From: Gammaproteobacteria bacterium
Lineage (GTDB): Bacteria > Pseudomonadota > Gammaproteobacteria > SZUA-21
Direction: 5' to 3'
Length of the DNA stretch: 40,406 nt
Assembly: GCA_003233075.1 (NCBI GenBank)
Contig: QIKQ01000062.1
Coordinates: forward strand, 1-40,406
Made by a program: the position numbers and the translations under genes. Shown piece after piece: positions 28,428 through 39,784 of this stretch; positions within the stretch are counted from its first letter, which is position 1, and each line of letters starts with the position of its first letter. Under the pieces are notes generated by a model, which did not search any database, was not told the origin of the DNA, and saw only the letters and a list, made by a program, of their open reading frames with translations.

Positions 28428-29036
28428 CTATTCGACTTTTTCCGTATCCATTTTCACTAGGCGGACACGGTCTTTAGCTTTAACTTGAACTTGCTTACCG
28501 GGATCTTGATGTTTCGTTCCTGTTTGGTGATGCAAGGTCAAGACGATGGCGGCAATAATTGCTAACAATAAAATAACGGCTGCAATTTCAAATTGGTACA
28601 AATAATCAGTGTATAAAACACTGCCTAAGGCTTTGGTATTACTGGTTACCATGAGTCCACTGGCTTTTGCTTCCGTAATTGCGCCAAAACCATTCGTAAT
28701 AACAATAATCATTTCAGCCACCACAACGACGGCGACTAATATTCCTACAGGTAAATATTTAATAAAACCTTCACGCAAGGGTTGCTCGTTAATATTTAAC
28801 ATCATGACCACAAACAAAAACAACACCATGACCGCACCAACGTAGACCAAAATTAGCGCTATCGCCAAAAATTCAGCACGCAGTAATATCCAGATTGCTG
28901 AACAAGTAAAAAATGCGAGGACTAAAAATAAAGCGGAATAAACAGTATTTCGAGCAGTAATCACTTTTAGCGCAGACAATATCAGCACTGTAGAGAAACC
29001 GTAAAAAATTATTTGTATGATTAAATTTTTATCCAC
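28428..29036 (-). CDS. nuoJ: NADH-quinone oxidoreductase subunit J
   Basis: 202 aa, ND6-type membrane protein, GTG start, conserved position. Confidence 0.9.
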   Translation of the reverse strand: MDKNLIIQIIFYGFSTVLILSALKVITARNTVYSALFLVLAFFTCSAIWILLRAEFLAIALILVYVGAVMVLFLFVVMMLNINEQPLREGFIKYLPVGILVAVVVVAEMIIVITNGFGAITEAKASGLMVTSNTKALGSVLYTDYLYQFEIAAVILLLAIIAAIVLTLHHQTGTKHQDPGKQVQVKAKDRVRLVKMDTEKVE

Positions 29037-29074
29037 TTTTTATTACCTAGTTCAGTTTATTTAACTTCAATTTA

Positions 29075-29563
29075 TTATCTATAAGGAGCATCGGCTTTAC
29101 GATCCGCCGCAATTTGATCTTCGAAGCGATCACCAATTTTTAATAAATCAGATTTTGTCATTATTTGGTCACCTTGATTCTCGAAGTGGTATTCGAAGTG
29201 ACGCGTTTCGACAATTGAATCGACAGGACATGCCTCTTCGCAAAATCCACAAAATATGCATTTAAATAAATCAATATCGTAACGAGTAGTCCGTCTTGTA
29301 CCATCCTCACGTTGTTCCGAATCAATTGTTATTGCCAGCGCAGGACACACTGCCTCACATAGTTTGCAAGCGATACATCTTTCTTCACCATTTTTATAAC
29401 GACGAAGAGCGTGCAAACCACGAAACCGAGGCGACATTGGTGTTTTTTCTTCGGGATACTGAACTGTTATTTTTCGAGAAAATAAGTAACGCCCAGTCAA
29501 ACGCATGCCCTTGAGAAGCTCCCAAAGCGTAAAACTTTTTATCCAATGCGCTATTGATGCCAT
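29075..29563 (-). CDS. nuoI: NADH-quinone oxidoreductase subunit I
   Basis: Two 4Fe-4S ferredoxin motifs: [12 protein letters not shown] and [12 protein letters not shown]. Confidence 0.97.
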   Translation of the reverse strand: MASIAHWIKSFTLWELLKGMRLTGRYLFSRKITVQYPEEKTPMSPRFRGLHALRRYKNGEERCIACKLCEAVCPALAITIDSEQREDGTRRTTRYDIDLFKCIFCGFCEEACPVDSIVETRHFEYHFENQGDQIMTKSDLLKIGDRFEDQIAADRKADAPYR

Positions 29564-29609
29564 TTAATCTATCCTGTTTTTAACTTAATCTATTAAACTT
29601 TTATCGAAT

Positions 29610-30728
29610 CTAAACCTGATCAAACCAAGGTGGCAACTCATAAGCAATGGCTGCAGCCAATACAACAATCCAAACAATGGTGACTGGAATAAATACTTTC
29701 CACCCTAAACGCATAATCTGATCATATCGATAGCGAGGAAAAGTTGCTCTAAACCAAAGAAAACAAAACATGAAAAACATCGTTTTCATTATCAACCAGA
29801 CTAAACCCGGCACCCAGGCAAACCATTCTTCTAAATGAGGTATGCCCTCAAATGGAGACAACCAACCGCCGCAAAATAATAAGGCGCAAAGCATCGAAAT
29901 TAGAATAATAACGGCGTATTCTGCTAAAAAGAAAACAGCGAATGCCATACCTGAATATTCAACGTGAAAACCCGCTACAATTTCAGACTCGCCTTCCGCC
30001 ACGTCAAACGGTGCTCGATTTGTTTCTGCCACACCTGATACTAAATAGACGATAAAAAGAGGCATTAAAGGTAACCAATACCAATGCCAAAATCCACCTG
30101 ACTGACTTTTCACTATAACGCCCAGATTGATAGCGCTTTTACCCACTAAGGCTGGGTCAGTCACTGGATCAATTTGATAAACACTCGCGGCCATTAAAAC
30201 GCCAACCAAGGCGAAGCCCATAGCAATTTCATAGGAAACTATTTGCGCGGCCGATCGCATTGAGCCTAAAAATGCATATTTTGAGTTTGATGCCCATCCA
30301 GCCACAATGACGCCATAAACTCCAATTGAAGTTAGGGCTAATATATAAAGCAAGCTCGCATCAATATCTGCTAAGACTAGTAATTCTTGAGTCGTTGTCG
30401 TTTTCCCAGCGACCGTGGTGCTGACATCAATCTCACCAAACGGGATGACTGCCCAAGCAGCTAAGGCCGGTGCGATTGCAAGTATGGGTGCAATAACAAA
30501 CAAAAACTTATTGGAGCTCGAAGGGATAATAATTTCTTTAAATAACAATTTAACCGCATCAGCTATTGGCTGCAACAAGCCGTAGGGGCCAACTCGATTA
30601 GGACCGCAACGCACTTGCATGTAACCAATAATTTTACGCTCTGCATACGTCAAATACGCGACTGAGAACATCAGCGGTAACACGATGAGCAAAATTTTAA
30701 CTACTATCCACAATAAATCTAAAAACAT
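29610..30728 (-). CDS. nuoH: NADH-quinone oxidoreductase subunit H
   Basis: 372 aa, ND1-type. [27 protein letters not shown] motif. Confidence 0.96.
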   Translation of the reverse strand: MFLDLLWIVVKILLIVLPLMFSVAYLTYAERKIIGYMQVRCGPNRVGPYGLLQPIADAVKLLFKEIIIPSSSNKFLFVIAPILAIAPALAAWAVIPFGEIDVSTTVAGKTTTTQELLVLADIDASLLYILALTSIGVYGVIVAGWASNSKYAFLGSMRSAAQIVSYEIAMGFALVGVLMAASVYQIDPVTDPALVGKSAINLGVIVKSQSGGFWHWYWLPLMPLFIVYLVSGVAETNRAPFDVAEGESEIVAGFHVEYSGMAFAVFFLAEYAVIILISMLCALLFCGGWLSPFEGIPHLEEWFAWVPGLVWLIMKTMFFMFCFLWFRATFPRYRYDQIMRLGWKVFIPVTIVWIVVLAAAIAYELPPWFDQV

Positions 30729-30745
30729 AAGTTCTCTACACGCTT

Positions 30746-33130
30746 TTAATCGGCTTCAAGCTCGATTACACCATACATTGGACCTAATTTTTTACTTGTC
30801 GCTGTTGCAAATGACGTCCAAGCACAATCATTTGCAACGGTATCGTCGATCGCCAAGTGCATTGCAATCGTTTTATTTCCATGTTTAACCAGTACCTGTG
30901 TTGCTCTTTCCAAATTTAGCTTTTTAGCTAAGTCGGCGTTTATATGAATTCTGTCCTCTTTTGCTTCAGGTGTATTTTGTAAAGGCTCAGATCGCCTTAC
31001 AATGCTATCGGAATGGTACATGTTTACTTCAGAACAACGATAAATCACGTCTTCTTTATCAGCCAAAGCTGTTGCCTCAGTAATAGTAGCTGTATTGTCG
31101 CCTTTAAATTCACCGATAGTGCGTTCAATTTCTTCTAAAATTTCTTTTGATGAATTAAATTCAAACCCATCAATATCAAAATAATTTCCTAAGACTCGAA
31201 TTATTTTCCATGCTGGTCTCGCTTCCGAATTTTTTAACTTCGACGCTCCTGCAAAAGTCTGTACTCGACCTTCGATATTAATAAAAGTACCGGAAGTTTC
31301 TAAATAAGGCGAAATTGGCAATAATATATCCGCGTAATTCTGCATATCGCTCGATACATAGGGAGTCATACAAACGACAAAATCAGATGATGCAACAGCA
31401 GATAATGCGGTTACCGGGTCAGCGCAATCATAATCAATTTCAATGTTATGTAATAAATACAAATTTCTGGGCTGTTCCAACATACTTTGAGCATTTAAGC
31501 CCGCAGTCTTTTGGCTAGCACCATTGTAATCACGATGAGGAATAGCACCTGTTAGCCAGGCTCCTGTTGCATTGGCACCATCGGTTAAATAACCAAATAA
31601 ACAATTGCATGAAGTTGCAATCGCCCGCGCAAAAATTTCGACTAGCGAATAGTAAGGACTAGAGATCGCCTGATTACCCAAAATTACATGGGATTTTTCA
31701 CCATTTTTTAGTATTTCTGCAATTTGGCTATGCTTTTCTAATATCTGCGCTTGAACAAACAAAGTATTTGCGGCATGAGGTAATAAACTAGAGTCGATAT
31801 TAAGCGCCTTAGCGACTGCTGCTAATTCTAAAACTAAATTTCGATAATGTGCCGCAATACCTACTTCGCACGGCATTCTTAAATCATAAACACGGTGATT
31901 TATTTGGCATATTTTAGCGCCCTTCTTTTGCGCCTTTCGCAAGCGAATGCCTAACATAGGTTGTTCTTTACTAATATTTGAGCCGATGAGTAATACTGAA
32001 TCGAGTGATTCCAAATCAGTAATGCTAGATCCCAGTGTTGGTATCATAGGCGCTTGATCTTGATGACTAAAATCAAGTTGACGTAAACGATGATCGAAAT
32101 TAAAACAATCAATGTTACTGGTTAACTTCTTGAGTAAATATAACTCTTCTAAGGTCGAATTTGGCGAAGCCAAAACACCAATTTGATCAGCACCGTAATT
32201 CCTAATCGTATCTTGCATAGCCGCAAACGTTTTTTCCAATGCGGTTTGCCAATCAGTTTCACGCCATTGACCATCCATTTTAATCATTGGCTTTAGCAAG
32301 CGATCACGACTCGTTAAACCTTTATAGCTAAATCGGTCTCGATCTGACAACCAACATTCATTTATCTCTGAGTTTTCAATTGGAACAATTCGATTAGTAT
32401 CAGATCTAAAAGTATGCACCGACAAATGCGAACCAATACAATCATGCGCCGCGATAGAAGGATATTGGTTTAATTCCCAAGCACGCGCAGAATAACGTGA
32501 TGGCTTAGCAGTTAATGCACCGACTGGACATAAATCGATTACATTACCCGACAATTCAGAACTGACGGCATGCTCAATATAAGTTCCAATCTGCATATTT
32601 TCGCCACGGCCAGTTGCACCTAGCTCTCGTAAACCCGCGATTTCTTCACCGAAACGAATACAACGAGTGCAGTGAATGCATCGAGTTAAATCGGTCGAAA
32701 TAAGTGGACCAATATCTTTGTCCTTAACAACGCGCTTACCTTCGGTATAACGCGACACATCACCACCATAAGCCATGGCAACATCTTGAAGCTCACATTC
32801 TCCGCCCTGATCGCAAATTGGACAATCTAAGGGGTGATTAATGAGTAAAAATTCCATAGTCGCTTTTTGAGCGGCTATTGCTCTTGCCGATTTAGTATGG
32901 ACTTTCATCCCATCCATGACAGGTGTGGCACAAGCTGGCAAAGGCTTAGGTGCATTTTCTACATCAACTAAACACATACGACAATTAGCAGCAATCGTTA
33001 AATGTCGATGATAACAAAAGCGTGGAATATCTATATTCGCATCATCGGCGATATCAATCAGCATCACACCTGCTTTTACTTCAAGTGTTTTACCGTCTAT
33101 CTCAATGGTTACTGTAGATGCATCTGACAT
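30746..33130 (-). CDS. nuoG: NADH-quinone oxidoreductase subunit G
   Basis: 2Fe-2S/4Fe-4S motifs [29 protein letters not shown] and [10 protein letters not shown], plus a molybdopterin-like domain. Start set to ATG 33130 ([14 protein letters not shown]); the track extension to 33178 overlaps nuoF. Confidence 0.95.
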   Translation of the reverse strand: MSDASTVTIEIDGKTLEVKAGVMLIDIADDANIDIPRFCYHRHLTIAANCRMCLVDVENAPKPLPACATPVMDGMKVHTKSARAIAAQKATMEFLLINHPLDCPICDQGGECELQDVAMAYGGDVSRYTEGKRVVKDKDIGPLISTDLTRCIHCTRCIRFGEEIAGLRELGATGRGENMQIGTYIEHAVSSELSGNVIDLCPVGALTAKPSRYSARAWELNQYPSIAAHDCIGSHLSVHTFRSDTNRIVPIENSEINECWLSDRDRFSYKGLTSRDRLLKPMIKMDGQWRETDWQTALEKTFAAMQDTIRNYGADQIGVLASPNSTLEELYLLKKLTSNIDCFNFDHRLRQLDFSHQDQAPMIPTLGSSITDLESLDSVLLIGSNISKEQPMLGIRLRKAQKKGAKICQINHRVYDLRMPCEVGIAAHYRNLVLELAAVAKALNIDSSLLPHAANTLFVQAQILEKHSQIAEILKNGEKSHVILGNQAISSPYYSLVEIFARAIATSCNCLFGYLTDGANATGAWLTGAIPHRDYNGASQKTAGLNAQSMLEQPRNLYLLHNIEIDYDCADPVTALSAVASSDFVVCMTPYVSSDMQNYADILLPISPYLETSGTFINIEGRVQTFAGASKLKNSEARPAWKIIRVLGNYFDIDGFEFNSSKEILEEIERTIGEFKGDNTATITEATALADKEDVIYRCSEVNMYHSDSIVRRSEPLQNTPEAKEDRIHINADLAKKLNLERATQVLVKHGNKTIAMHLAIDDTVANDCAWTSFATATSKKLGPMYGVIELEAD

Positions 33131-33156
33131 TTTTGTAACTACCCTTATTAGCCAGC

Positions 33157-34455
33157 TCAGTAACGAGCGACCATACACTTTTTATGTTCAATGTGATATT
33201 CGAACTCTTTTCTAAAATGCTTTAAGAAACTCAATACCGGCATTGATGCCGCGTCGCCTAATGCACAAATCGTTCGACCACCTTCACGTTCATAGTAATT
33301 GCCACCCATTTTGACAGCAACATCAAATAACATGTCTAAATCTTCCATTCGACCTTCGCCGTGCTCAATACGATGAACAACCCGCGATAACCATCCAGTT
33401 CCTTCACGACAAGGTGTACATTGACCACATGATTCACTCATATAAAAATGAGATAGATTAGCCAAGACACTTACCATGCAAGTTAAATCATCCATAATGA
33501 TGACAGCACCAGAACCAAGTAAGGAACCTGCCTCTGTAATAGAGTCATAATCCATATTCGTATCCATCATTATTTCACCAGGCAAAATAGGAACAGAACT
33601 GCCTCCCGGTATCACAGCCTTAAGACGTCTACCGTGACGTACACCGCCCGCCATTTCTAATAACTCGGAAAATGGCATTCCCATGGGCACTTCAAAATTG
33701 CCTGGTTTATTAACATGACCTGAAACTGAAAATAATTTGCTTCCGCCATTATTAGGTTTACCGATATCAAGAAACCATTGACCGCCTCTGCTTAATATTT
33801 CTGGTACCGAGGCTAATGATTCAGTGTTATTAATAGTCGTTGGTTTACCGTATAAACCATAACTCGCGGGAAAAGGTGGTTTAAATCTAGGCTGACCTTT
33901 TTTGCCTTCAATTGATTCTAATAATGCCGTTTCTTCACCACAAATATAGGCGCCAGCACCTAAGTGACTATGCAATTCGAAATCAAAACCAGAACCAAAT
34001 ATGTTTTTTCCTAATAAACCCGCCGCTCGTGCTTCTTCTATGGCTTCTTCACAACGCTCATAAGGTTGCCAAAACTCACCACGAATATAATTATAACCAA
34101 CCGATGCGCCAATAGTGTATCCGGCAATGATCATGCCTTCAATTAATGCATGAGGATTGTAGCGAAGAATATCTCTGTCTTTACAGGTTCCTGGTTCGCC
34201 TTCATCCGAGTTGCAAACTATGTATTTCTGGCCTGGGTCATCGCGGCGCATAAAACTCCACTTTAATCCAGTTGGAAAACCTGCACCACCTCGACCTCGT
34301 AACACCGAGGTTTTTAATTCATCAATAATTGTTGCCGGATCAGTTTTTTCCTGCAGAATTTTTTTCAATACATTATAGCCGCCAGTGCTTTGATAAACAT
34401 CCAATTTCCAAGCTTTATCTTTATCAATATTTTTAAAACAGACTTCGTTAACCAC
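33157..34455 (-). CDS. nuoF: NADH-quinone oxidoreductase subunit F
   Basis: [32 protein letters not shown] and [11 protein letters not shown] motifs. Probable GTG start at 34455, 5 nt after GGAGG. The track TTG start at 34467 lies inside that RBS. Confidence 0.95.
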   Translation of the reverse strand: MVNEVCFKNIDKDKAWKLDVYQSTGGYNVLKKILQEKTDPATIIDELKTSVLRGRGGAGFPTGLKWSFMRRDDPGQKYIVCNSDEGEPGTCKDRDILRYNPHALIEGMIIAGYTIGASVGYNYIRGEFWQPYERCEEAIEEARAAGLLGKNIFGSGFDFELHSHLGAGAYICGEETALLESIEGKKGQPRFKPPFPASYGLYGKPTTINNTESLASVPEILSRGGQWFLDIGKPNNGGSKLFSVSGHVNKPGNFEVPMGMPFSELLEMAGGVRHGRRLKAVIPGGSSVPILPGEIMMDTNMDYDSITEAGSLLGSGAVIIMDDLTCMVSVLANLSHFYMSESCGQCTPCREGTGWLSRVVHRIEHGEGRMEDLDMLFDVAVKMGGNYYEREGGRTICALGDAASMPVLSFLKHFRKEFEYHIEHKKCMVARY

Positions 34456-34552
34456 GAATGCCTCCAAAGCTGACTTTATTTTCTATAGTGTACAAAATCG
34501 TTTTTTTCATTTAGTTTCTTTAATTTGGTTTTTTTCGCTATCTTCTAAATAT

Positions 34553-35047
34553 TTATTTCAAACCATCAATGATTATGTCAATTTTTTCAGGCGTTAAATC
34601 TTCGTAATATTCTTTGCCAATCATCATCATTGGCGCACCTACGCAAGCGCCTAAACACTCCACTTCCTTAATTGAAAAGCGGCCATCTTTCGTTACTTCA
34701 CCTACACCAATTCCAAATTTCTTTTCTAAATAATCAATGATTTTTTCGGATCCATTAATCATGCAAGAAATACTATTGCACACGCAAATCTTGTATTTAC
34801 CGACAGGATTATGCTCGTACATGGAATAAAAACTAGCCACTTCATAAACAGCAATAAAAGGCATATCTAAAAAGCCTGCCACGCCATCCATTAATTCGCG
34901 GTTTAAGTATCCGCCATTTTCATCTTGCACAATTCTCAAAGCAGCCATCACCGCAGATTGCTTTTGCTCTGCTGGGTATTTACTTATCCACAGTTCCACC
35001 TCGGCAACCGCTTTTGATGAAACTAGTTGTGATAGAGACTTCGACAT
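34553..35047 (-). CDS. nuoE: NADH-quinone oxidoreductase subunit E
   Basis: 164 aa, thioredoxin-like 2Fe-2S subunit. CVCNSISC ... ECLGACVGAPMM. Confidence 0.95.
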   Translation of the reverse strand: MSKSLSQLVSSKAVAEVELWISKYPAEQKQSAVMAALRIVQDENGGYLNRELMDGVAGFLDMPFIAVYEVASFYSMYEHNPVGKYKICVCNSISCMINGSEKIIDYLEKKFGIGVGEVTKDGRFSIKEVECLGACVGAPMMMIGKEYYEDLTPEKIDIIIDGLK

Positions 35048-35078
35048 TTTTGTGTACTCTTAGCTATACTTTCAATTA

Positions 35079-36332
35079 CTATCTATCAATTTCACCGAAC
35101 ACAATGTCTTGTGATCCAATGATAGTGACAATATCGGATAACATATGGCCCTTAGACATCTCATTCATGCCGGCCAAATGGGCAAAACCTGGCGCTCTTA
35201 TTTTTAATCGATAAGGCTTATTCGCTCCATCAGAAATTATATAACAACCAAACTCACCTTTAGGATGTTCGATAGCCGCATAGGCCTCACCCTCTGGCAA
35301 ACAAAATCCTTCGGTGAATAATTTAAAATGATGAATTAGACTTTCCATATCACCCTTCATGCTTTCTCGTGAAGGCGGAAATAATTTATGATCTTCGGTA
35401 TGCACCGGTCCTGGATTTTTTCGTAACCAGTCTATGCATTGTATAATTATTTTATTCGATTCGCGCATCTCAGCCATTCGTACCAAGTAACGATCGTAAC
35501 TATCTCCATTAGTTCCAATAGGAATATCAAATTCGACTTTATCGTATACTTCATAGGTTTGTTTCTTACGCAAGTCCCATTCGATACCTGACCCTCTAAG
35601 CATTGGACCAGTAAAGCCCATTTGCAAAGCACGCTCAGGAGAAACAATACCAACATCAACTAATCGTTGTTTCCAAATTCGATTGTCAGTCAATAGGGTC
35701 TCATACTCATCGACGTATTTAGGGAATTTTTGAGTGAAGTCTTCTAAAAAATCTAATAATGAACCTTGTCTATTTTCATTCAGTCGGTTCGCATCTTTAT
35801 CACTTCGGAATTTACCAGCCTCGTATTGCGGCATGGTATCTGGAAGATCACGTGCAACCCCACCTGGACGGTAATACGTTGCATGCAAACGTGCGCCAGA
35901 AACTGCTTCATAACAATCCATTAAATCTTCACGTTCTCTAAAAGCATACAAAAATATTGTCATTGCACCAACGTCAAGTCCATGAGCAGCAATCCATAAT
36001 AAATGATTTAATATTCGAGTAATTTCATCAAACATAACCCGAATATATTGACCGCGTTCTGGTACTTCTACACTGAGCAACTTTTCGATCGCCAAAACAT
36101 ATCCATGCTCGTTACACATCATCGAAACATAATCGAGTCGATCCATATAACCAATACTTTGATTATAAGGTTTGCTTTCTGCTAATTTTTCCGTTGCTCG
36201 ATGCAACAAGCCAATATGTGGATCGGCCCTTTTAATGACTTCGCCTTCCATTTCTAAAATTAGACGCAAAACACCATGCGCAGCAGGATGCTGGGGACCA
36301 AAGTTTAAGGTTAAATTACGAAGTTCAGGCAT
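35079..36332 (-). CDS. nuoD: NADH-quinone oxidoreductase subunit D
   Basis: 417 aa. [16 protein letters not shown]-terminus and [10 protein letters not shown]-terminus. Separate from nuoC. Confidence 0.97.
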   Translation of the reverse strand: MPELRNLTLNFGPQHPAAHGVLRLILEMEGEVIKRADPHIGLLHRATEKLAESKPYNQSIGYMDRLDYVSMMCNEHGYVLAIEKLLSVEVPERGQYIRVMFDEITRILNHLLWIAAHGLDVGAMTIFLYAFREREDLMDCYEAVSGARLHATYYRPGGVARDLPDTMPQYEAGKFRSDKDANRLNENRQGSLLDFLEDFTQKFPKYVDEYETLLTDNRIWKQRLVDVGIVSPERALQMGFTGPMLRGSGIEWDLRKKQTYEVYDKVEFDIPIGTNGDSYDRYLVRMAEMRESNKIIIQCIDWLRKNPGPVHTEDHKLFPPSRESMKGDMESLIHHFKLFTEGFCLPEGEAYAAIEHPKGEFGCYIISDGANKPYRLKIRAPGFAHLAGMNEMSKGHMLSDIVTIIGSQDIVFGEIDR

Positions 36333-37020
36333 CGAAACTGGAATCCTTTTTTTCTTTTACTTTCTCAAAACGATGATCGTTACGAATCACTTTAGGCACT
36401 AATACGCGAGGCTCTATGCTAACCGGTTCGTAAACGACACGCTTCTTTTCTGGATCGTAACGCATTTCTACTTGACCAATTAACGGGAAGTCTTTTCTAA
36501 AGGGATGACCTATAAAACCATAGTCCGTTAATAGTCGTCGTAAATCCGGATGGCCATCAAAAACAATACCGTATAAATCGAATGCTTCGCGTTCATACCA
36601 ATCTGCACAATTCCAAAGCTCAATCACTGAAGGAATGATGGGTAATTCGTTATTTGTTACATAAACACGAACACGCAGACGCTGATTATTAGCATAAGAC
36701 AATAAATGATATACCACAGCAAACCGCTTATCTGGGTCAATTATTTTGCCATCATCTTCTTCAACAGCACGGCTAAAACCAGTGTTAGATGCAATTTCTG
36801 TTTTCCATTCAGCCTTACCGTAAGAGAGATAATCAACACCACATAAGTCGATCATCATTTCGAACGCAAATTCTGGATACGTTTTTAATTGTTCAAGTAC
36901 GCTAATTAAATTTCGATCTGTAACAACTATTGTGACTTCTTTATTCGCTACTTCACATGACTCGATCTGCGAAGTAAATGTTTGCTTTAGGCTTTCAGCC
37001 AATTGTTTAGAATTTGCCAT
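36325..37020 (-). CDS. nuoC: NADH-quinone oxidoreductase subunit C
   Basis: 231 aa. [24 protein letters not shown] motif. Its stop overlaps the nuoD start by 8 nt. Confidence 0.95.
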   Translation of the reverse strand: MANSKQLAESLKQTFTSQIESCEVANKEVTIVVTDRNLISVLEQLKTYPEFAFEMMIDLCGVDYLSYGKAEWKTEIASNTGFSRAVEEDDGKIIDPDKRFAVVYHLLSYANNQRLRVRVYVTNNELPIIPSVIELWNCADWYEREAFDLYGIVFDGHPDLRRLLTDYGFIGHPFRKDFPLIGQVEMRYDPEKKRVVYEPVSIEPRVLVPKVIRNDHRFEKVKEKKDSSFDA

Positions 37021-37030
37021 AAGAGGTGCT

Positions 37031-37507
37031 CTAACGCGCGATTGTATTTGTTCGTTTGATTTTATTTTGTAATTGAATTATGCCATATAACAAAGCTTCT
37101 GCAGTTGGTGGGCAACCTGGCACATAAATATCGACAGGAATAATTCGATCACAACCTCGAACTACTGCGTAGGAGTAATGATAATAACCTCCTCCATTAG
37201 CACAGGAACCCATGGAAATTACCCAGCGAGGTTCTGGCATTTGATCATATACTTTTCTAATTGCCGGACCCATTTTATTGGTAAGAGTACCAGCAACTAT
37301 CATTACATCAGATTGTCGAGGACTAGGACGAAATAAAATTCCAAACCGATCTAAGTCATAACGTGAAGCACCTGCTTGCATCATTTCAACGGCACAACAG
37401 GCTAAACCAAATGTCATCGGCCACATTGAACCGGTGCGAGCCCAGTTAATTAAGGAGTCAGCGCTGGCAACCATCCAACCCTTATTCTGTACCCCTTCTA
37501 CTCCCAT
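37031..37507 (-). CDS. nuoB: NADH-quinone oxidoreductase subunit B
   Basis: [21 protein letters not shown] and VPGCPP motifs (N2 cluster). Start set to ATG 37507; the track start at 37528 is GTG. Overlaps the nuoA end by 10 nt. Confidence 0.95.
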   Translation of the reverse strand: MGVEGVQNKGWMVASADSLINWARTGSMWPMTFGLACCAVEMMQAGASRYDLDRFGILFRPSPRQSDVMIVAGTLTNKMGPAIRKVYDQMPEPRWVISMGSCANGGGYYHYSYAVVRGCDRIIPVDIYVPGCPPTAEALLYGIIQLQNKIKRTNTIAR

Positions 37508-37854
37508 TCTAATGCACCCTTTTTCCACTCATAGATGAATCCAACGACCAAAATTCCCAAAAATACTGACATAGAAATAAAACCATACCAACCGAGTTGA
37601 TTCATTACGACAGCCCAGGGAAAAAGGAAGGCGATTTCTAAATCGAATATGATAAATAGAATCGCAACGAGAGAATAACGAATATTAAAAGTACCACGTG
37701 AATCTTCAAAAGCTTCGAATCCGCACTCGTACCTTGATAACTTCTCTTTATCGGGTTTTCGTGGCGCTAATATAAAACCAGCCATCATTGGGCCGATTCC
37801 GAAACCAATGCCGATTATTATAAAAACAAGAATAGGGAGATAATTCTCCAACAT
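37498..37854 (-). CDS. nuoA: NADH-quinone oxidoreductase subunit A
   Basis: 118 aa, three TM helices, YECGFEAF motif; first gene of the operon. Confidence 0.94.
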   Translation of the reverse strand: MLENYLPILVFIIIGIGFGIGPMMAGFILAPRKPDKEKLSRYECGFEAFEDSRGTFNIRYSLVAILFIIFDLEIAFLFPWAVVMNQLGWYGFISMSVFLGILVVGFIYEWKKGALEWE

Positions 37855-37875
37855 TTTGAAACCTTTTTAATGCAG

Positions 37876-37902
37876 CTATGCTAGTCGCGATCGCTAGTAT
37901 AG
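37876..37902. promoter_or_regulatory. 27-bp GC-rich near-palindrome in the nuoA leader
   Basis: ctatgctag-tcgcgatcg-ctagtatag: 9-nt arms with 8/9 complementary around a partly self-complementary core. It lies 22-48 nt upstream of the nuoA ATG in otherwise AT-rich DNA. Confidence 0.3.
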
Positions 37903-38481
37903 GTTAAGAAACTTTAAATTACTCCGATTAATTTCTACGTAAGCTTAGTTCAACGTGAAATCAACTGCTTTATGTCAGTCCTTAACAATGAGTATTTTTT
38001 GCCCTTTTATTCAGAGACTTATCACCGTAAAGGATAGAGCTACTATAAATTCTAACAGGGGTTAATTTTAATATCTCAATCGTAATAGGCCATCGAAAAA
38101 AATACCCCTAATATCCATAAGCTACTTATCATGCGATGCAGTCTAGGCTAATCTGTTAATCACTGTCAAGTCTGTAGTACATGATATTTTCTTGAATAAT
38201 CATATAGTTAAATCATTATTGGGGTATAAAAAAACGGTATTACTTATTATTACCGATACTTTCGATGCTTTTCTAATCAACTCGTCTTTATACTATCTAA
38301 TAGCAGCATAGAAAATTTGATACTCTAATTTGAATAAAAAAACGAATAGGTTTAGGAAGGAAATAGGAAGGAAAATAGACAATTATATCTACATCTGAAT
38401 TAACATTACCTAATACTCGATTCGTCTACTTAAGGTTTCGATGGTTTTCAACATTTTTCGGATTTGAAAGTCTAGAAATAT

Positions 38482-38566
38482 TGGTGCCGAAGGCCGGATT
38501 TGAACCGGCACGGCTCGCGCCACTGCCCCCTCAAGACAGCGTGTCTACCAATTTCACCACTTCGGC
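38482..38566 (-). tRNA. leuU: tRNA-Leu (GAG)
   Basis: The reverse complement reads GCCGAAGTGGTGAAATTGGTAGACACGCTGTCTTGAGGGGGCAGTGGCGCGAGCCGTGCCGGTTCAAATCCGGCCTTCGGCACCA. It has a long variable arm, a GAG anticodon and an encoded CCA, and lies directly downstream of secG as in E. coli secG-leuU. Confidence 0.92.
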
Positions 38567-38595
38567 ATGCTTTTAGGCAATTACGGAACAAATGT

Positions 38596-39009
38596 TTACT
38601 TATCTGATTTTTTTGGATCAGACTTATTTTTAGAGGAAGTATCAGAGTCAGCAGGTTTCTTAGCTTCTGCCTTATTATTCGTTGTTTTTGAACTTTTACT
38701 AGCCGCTTTCTTAGTCTCACTATTTGTCGTTGCCTGTTTTGCTTCATCTGTCTTTTCTTTAGCAGTTCGCGCAACAACAACGTACATTGCCAAACTAAAC
38801 GCAAAAAATAATGTCGCCAATATGGCTGTTAAACGACTCATAAATGAGGCCGATCCTTGTGCTCCGAAAACGGCAGATGATCCACCGCCGCCACCACCGC
38901 CGCCGCCACCAAATGACGCGCCAGCATCCGCTCCTTTGCCATGCTGTAATAAAATAAGCGCTATCAAAGCGATTGCCAAAATTACTAATATAACTGATAA
39001 AATGCCCAT
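38596..39009 (-). CDS. secG: Preprotein translocase subunit SecG
   Basis: [17 protein letters not shown]...[26 protein letters not shown] matches the SecG core. Carries a Gly10 run and a Lys/Ser/Thr-rich C-terminal tail of about 55 aa. Confidence 0.92.
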   Translation of the reverse strand: MGILSVILVILAIALIALILLQHGKGADAGASFGGGGGGGGGGSSAVFGAQGSASFMSRLTAILATLFFAFSLAMYVVVARTAKEKTDEAKQATTNSETKKAASKSSKTTNNKAEAKKPADSDTSSKNKSDPKKSDK

Positions 39010-39028
39010 ATGATTCTACTCTTAATAA

Positions 39029-39784
39029 TTACGTAGCGGCTTGGCAAATCGCTAAAAAGTCGTCTGGCTTTAAAGCAGCGCCACCAATCAAACCACCATC
39101 AATATCTTCCATTGCAAACAATTCATTTGCGTTTGCACCATTAACACTGCCACCGTACTGAATTACTATATTACTTGCTACATCACTATTTAATGCGGCC
39201 AATTTTTTACGAATAAAGGCATGCACTTCTTGAGCTTGATCAGGGCTAGCAGTTTTACCAGTACCAATTGCCCACACTGGCTCGTAAGCTATGATTGCGT
39301 CAGCTAAAGCATCAATTCCTTCTAACGCAATGACGGCATCTAATTGTCGAGAAACGACAGCTTCCGTTTGACCTGCCTCTCTTTCTTCCAATAACTCACC
39401 AACACACAATATTGGCGTTAATTTTCCTCGACGTGCAGCAGCAAAGCGTTTAGCGACAAGCTCATCAGACTCAGCATATAAAGCACGTCTTTCACTGTGC
39501 CCAATAATCGCATATTGGCAACCAAATTCAGCTAACATTGATCCTGCGATCTCACCAGTATAAGCACCACCATCTTGGTCGCAAATATTCTGACTGCCTA
39601 ATTTAATAGCAGAATCAACAATTTGTTCAGACACTGTCGGAAGATAGACACTCGATGGACACACCACCACATCGCATTTTACTTCGGAACGAGAAAGACC
39701 CGATTTAAGTCCATCTAACAAAGACTTAATACTCTCCAAAGAGCCATTCATTTTCCAGTTTCCAGCAACCAACATCCGACGCAT
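39029..39784 (-). CDS. tpiA: Triosephosphate isomerase
   Basis: 251 aa. VAGNWKMNG, IGHSERR and AYEPVWAIGTG motifs. Confidence 0.97.
   Translation of the reverse strand: MRRMLVAGNWKMNGSLESIKSLLDGLKSGLSRSEVKCDVVVCPSSVYLPTVSEQIVDSAIKLGSQNICDQDGGAYTGEIAGSMLAEFGCQYAIIGHSERRALYAESDELVAKRFAAARRGKLTPILCVGELLEEREAGQTEAVVSRQLDAVIALEGIDALADAIIAYEPVWAIGTGKTASPDQAQEVHAFIRKKLAALNSDVASNIVIQYGGSVNGANANELFAMEDIDGGLIGGAALKPDDFLAICQAAT

Noticed and set aside
29610-30728. Apparent extra length of NuoH (372 aa) as a possible insertion
   Set aside because: ND1-type subunits vary from about 325 to 365 aa or more across bacteria. Without an alignment I cannot show a lineage-specific insertion.
329-36402. Numerous 60-116-aa ORFs antisense to, or out of frame within, pnp, infB, nusA, the regulator gene, the 1145-aa gene and the nuo genes
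   Set aside because: Each is fully embedded in a well-supported longer gene. They are typical shadow ORFs with no independent start signals.
38353-38374. Tandem 11-bp duplication taggaaggaaa x2
   Set aside because: There are only two units, purine-rich and low in complexity, and nothing suggests a function. It is mentioned under the nuoA upstream gap only.
38472-39013. Track ORFs 38472-38804 (-) and 38567-39013 (+)
   Set aside because: They overlap the tRNA-Leu gene and/or secG in other frames. Their poly-Pro and Arg/Lys-rich translations are by-products of the secG Gly repeat and Lys-rich tail.
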